Below are positions 62,541-64,000 of a stretch of 64,000 bases of DNA, in pieces. The notes beneath the pieces were generated by a model. That model made no database searches and was not told the DNA's origin. It worked only from the letters and a program-made list of their open reading frames with translations. The first letter of the stretch is position 1; each line of letters begins with the position of its first letter. The stretch is from Patescibacteria group bacterium (GTDB taxonomy: Bacteria; Patescibacteriota; Saccharimonadia; Saccharimonadales; CAYUUR01). The position numbers were made by a program, and so were the translations under genes. The DNA lies in NCBI GenBank assembly GCA_052034685.1, contig JBPOIH010000011.1:17910-81909 (forward strand), given 5' to 3'.

Positions 62541-62558
62541 GTTTGTAGTATAGCGTAG

Positions 62559-63158
62559 TTATTTCTCCGCCGAGAGTCTTTTGGCAATAACTATTTGTTG
62601 GTGAAGCCCTGCGCGGACTTGTGGCCAGCAAAGCACGATGAGCGTGTCATGGATAAGCTCATCAATTGCACTTGGTGGCAATTCTTCTCCCATAACTTCC
62701 AGTTCAGAAAACAGTTGAGAAACTGGATGATTCACTTCGTATAAGTGCATGCCGAGATCCTGAATAACTGGTTTCGCGTCAACAACGTATTTTCTACGCA
62801 CAGGCGCCTTACCTATCCTTACAGGCGTATTCAGGTATTTCTTCTCAGCATCGAGTTGAGACTCGCGAACTTGCGGAGAAGATATGCCGCGCAGTTCTGG
62901 GAAGTCATCTCCGCAGGTATCCTCAAGACTGTGCAGGACGTGTCGTAAACGATCAGTACGGGTGCGCGTCACGGTAGGCGTGTCATGCAAGCGTTCTGGG
63001 TTGAGGTTAAAGTAGTAGTTCCTGTAGCCTGGCGCCCCCTTAGATTCCCAATAAAAAAACGGGCTTGTCATTTGCCCGTCATTGTTTATAGCCGCATACG
63101 CTTCCTGCGGCGCCCGTGGTGGTGTGCTGTAAGATTCCATTGAGTTATGCTCTGTCAT
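62559..63158 (-). CDS. hypothetical protein
   Basis: 199-aa ORF. Confidence 0.55.
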   Translation of the reverse strand: MTEHNSMESYSTPPRAPQEAYAAINNDGQMTSPFFYWESKGAPGYRNYYFNLNPERLHDTPTVTRTRTDRLRHVLHSLEDTCGDDFPELRGISSPQVRESQLDAEKKYLNTPVRIGKAPVRRKYVVDAKPVIQDLGMHLYEVNHPVSQLFSELEVMGEELPPSAIDELIHDTLIVLCWPQVRAGLHQQIVIAKRLSAEK

Positions 63159-63216
63159 CGTACGACCCCATAATGATATAAGTATATCACTCAGTGGAAG
63201 TGATGCAATCTTCTAT

Positions 63217-63465
63217 TTATTTGATGAGTTTTTTGTCTTTCAGGAATGCGTCAATCTTGGGCTTATCAAAACCGATGATAATCTCACCATCAAGATCGAT
63301 AACCGGTACGCCCATCTGGCCGCTTTTCTCAACTGCTTCTCGGGCTGCTTCAGCGTCTTTTTCTACGTCTTTGTCGGTATAGGCGACACCAATAGAATCA
63401 AAGTACTGCATAGCGGCATGGCAAAAGGCACACCAGGTTGTACTGTATACAGTTATCATCGGCAT
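63217..63465 (-). CDS. glutaredoxin-like (NrdH/YruB-type) protein
   Basis: Contains ITVYSTTWCAFC and MGVPVI. It is a paralog of the gene at 37261-37506. Confidence 0.8.
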   Translation of the reverse strand: MPMITVYSTTWCAFCHAAMQYFDSIGVAYTDKDVEKDAEAAREAVEKSGQMGVPVIDLDGEIIIGFDKPKIDAFLKDKKLIK

Positions 63466-63643
63466 AATTCTCCTCTATCTTTTGGCATTTTGGCACCCTC
63501 CCAGTATAGCGCAGATACTATTCAATGTGAAAAGTATTGCACCACTGGTACGACTACTGGTACACTACTAGGCAGATGAGTAACGCCGCCGCACTGACGA
63601 CGACCTTGGGTATGCCCAGAGACCTCCACGGAGGCCTCATTTA

Positions 63644-64000
63644 ATGTCATTTGCTTTATTTGCTTCCAGTGACATTCACGTCAGCCTTAAAGCTGAAGAG
63701 ATTTTTGTGCTTGGCCCACTAACAGTAACTAACTCGATGCTATACGGTCTTGTTTGTGCGATTGCTATCTGCGCGCTGATGGTCTATGCGGCACGCAAGA
63801 TCAAGGTAAAACCCGGCAAAGGCGTTGCAGCCCTCGTAGAAATGCTCGTAGACTACGTCACCAACATGCTGATGGGCCCTTTTGGTACTAGAGAAAAAGC
63901 CGCCAAGTTTGCACCAATCTTTGGTGTTTTCTTTTTGTTTATTATGTTCAATAACCTACTTGGTTTATTGCCAATCGTTGGCCCGGGCGTCAACGTTGGG
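63644..64000 (+). CDS. atpB: F0F1 ATP synthase subunit a, N-terminal part (runs off the right edge)
   Basis: Hand translation from ATG 63644 gives MSFALFASSDIHVSLKAEEIFVLGPLTVTNSMLYGLV...FAPIFGVFFLFIMFNNLLGLLP. No stop occurs before the window end. Confidence 0.75.
   Translation, partial: MSFALFASSDIHVSLKAEEIFVLGPLTVTNSMLYGLVCAIAICALMVYAARKIKVKPGKGVAALVEMLVDYVTNMLMGPFGTREKAAKFAPIFGVFFLFIMFNNLLGLLPIVGPGVNVG

Overview
This is a bacterial chromosomal window using the standard genetic code, densely coding on both strands. The gene content includes a sortase, an LPSTG-anchored protein, a type IV pilin-like N-terminus, a PEGA protein and many short lineage-specific hypotheticals, with very little biosynthesis. 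That fits a reduced, Gram-positive-like genome such as Saccharibacteria/CPR, but this placement is inference only. Core genes recognised are gltX (partial, off the left edge and missing from the ORF track), xth, pyrH, aroK, smpB, a cobO-like gene, atpB (partial, right edge), NUDIX and HAD. Also present are two MacB/FtsX-type ABC pairs, SulP, an S8 protease, a 2035-aa repeat-rich surface protein and three tRNAs (Leu-CAA 5331-5415, Ser-GGA 13242-13333, Asn-GUU 49275-49349). I recognised no rRNA, CRISPR, integrase or transposase. Four things stand out. (1) An ~8.5-kb islet on the 3' side of tRNA-Asn, bounded by 108-bp near-identical direct repeats, carries a compact YcaO/SagB RiPP-like cluster: a fused wHTH/SagB/YcaO enzyme, an APH-like kinase, a small alpha/beta hydrolase, a fused transketolase and a divergent FAD/NAD(P) protein. 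It also holds a 30-aa Cys/Ser-tailed candidate precursor ORF (44645-44737), below the ORF-track cutoff, with its own promoter, strong RBS and downstream hairpin. (2) Short elements lie downstream of all three tRNAs, each ending in a 16-18-nt copy of that tRNA's own 3' end. (3) tRNA-sized units upstream of tRNA-Leu (three in tandem) and tRNA-Asn (one) begin like the tRNA 5' end but fold back on themselves. (4) Two decayed, synonymously diverged copies of the last 17 codons of the cobO-like gene lie downstream of it. All coordinates, counts and translations were derived by hand; no database search was possible.
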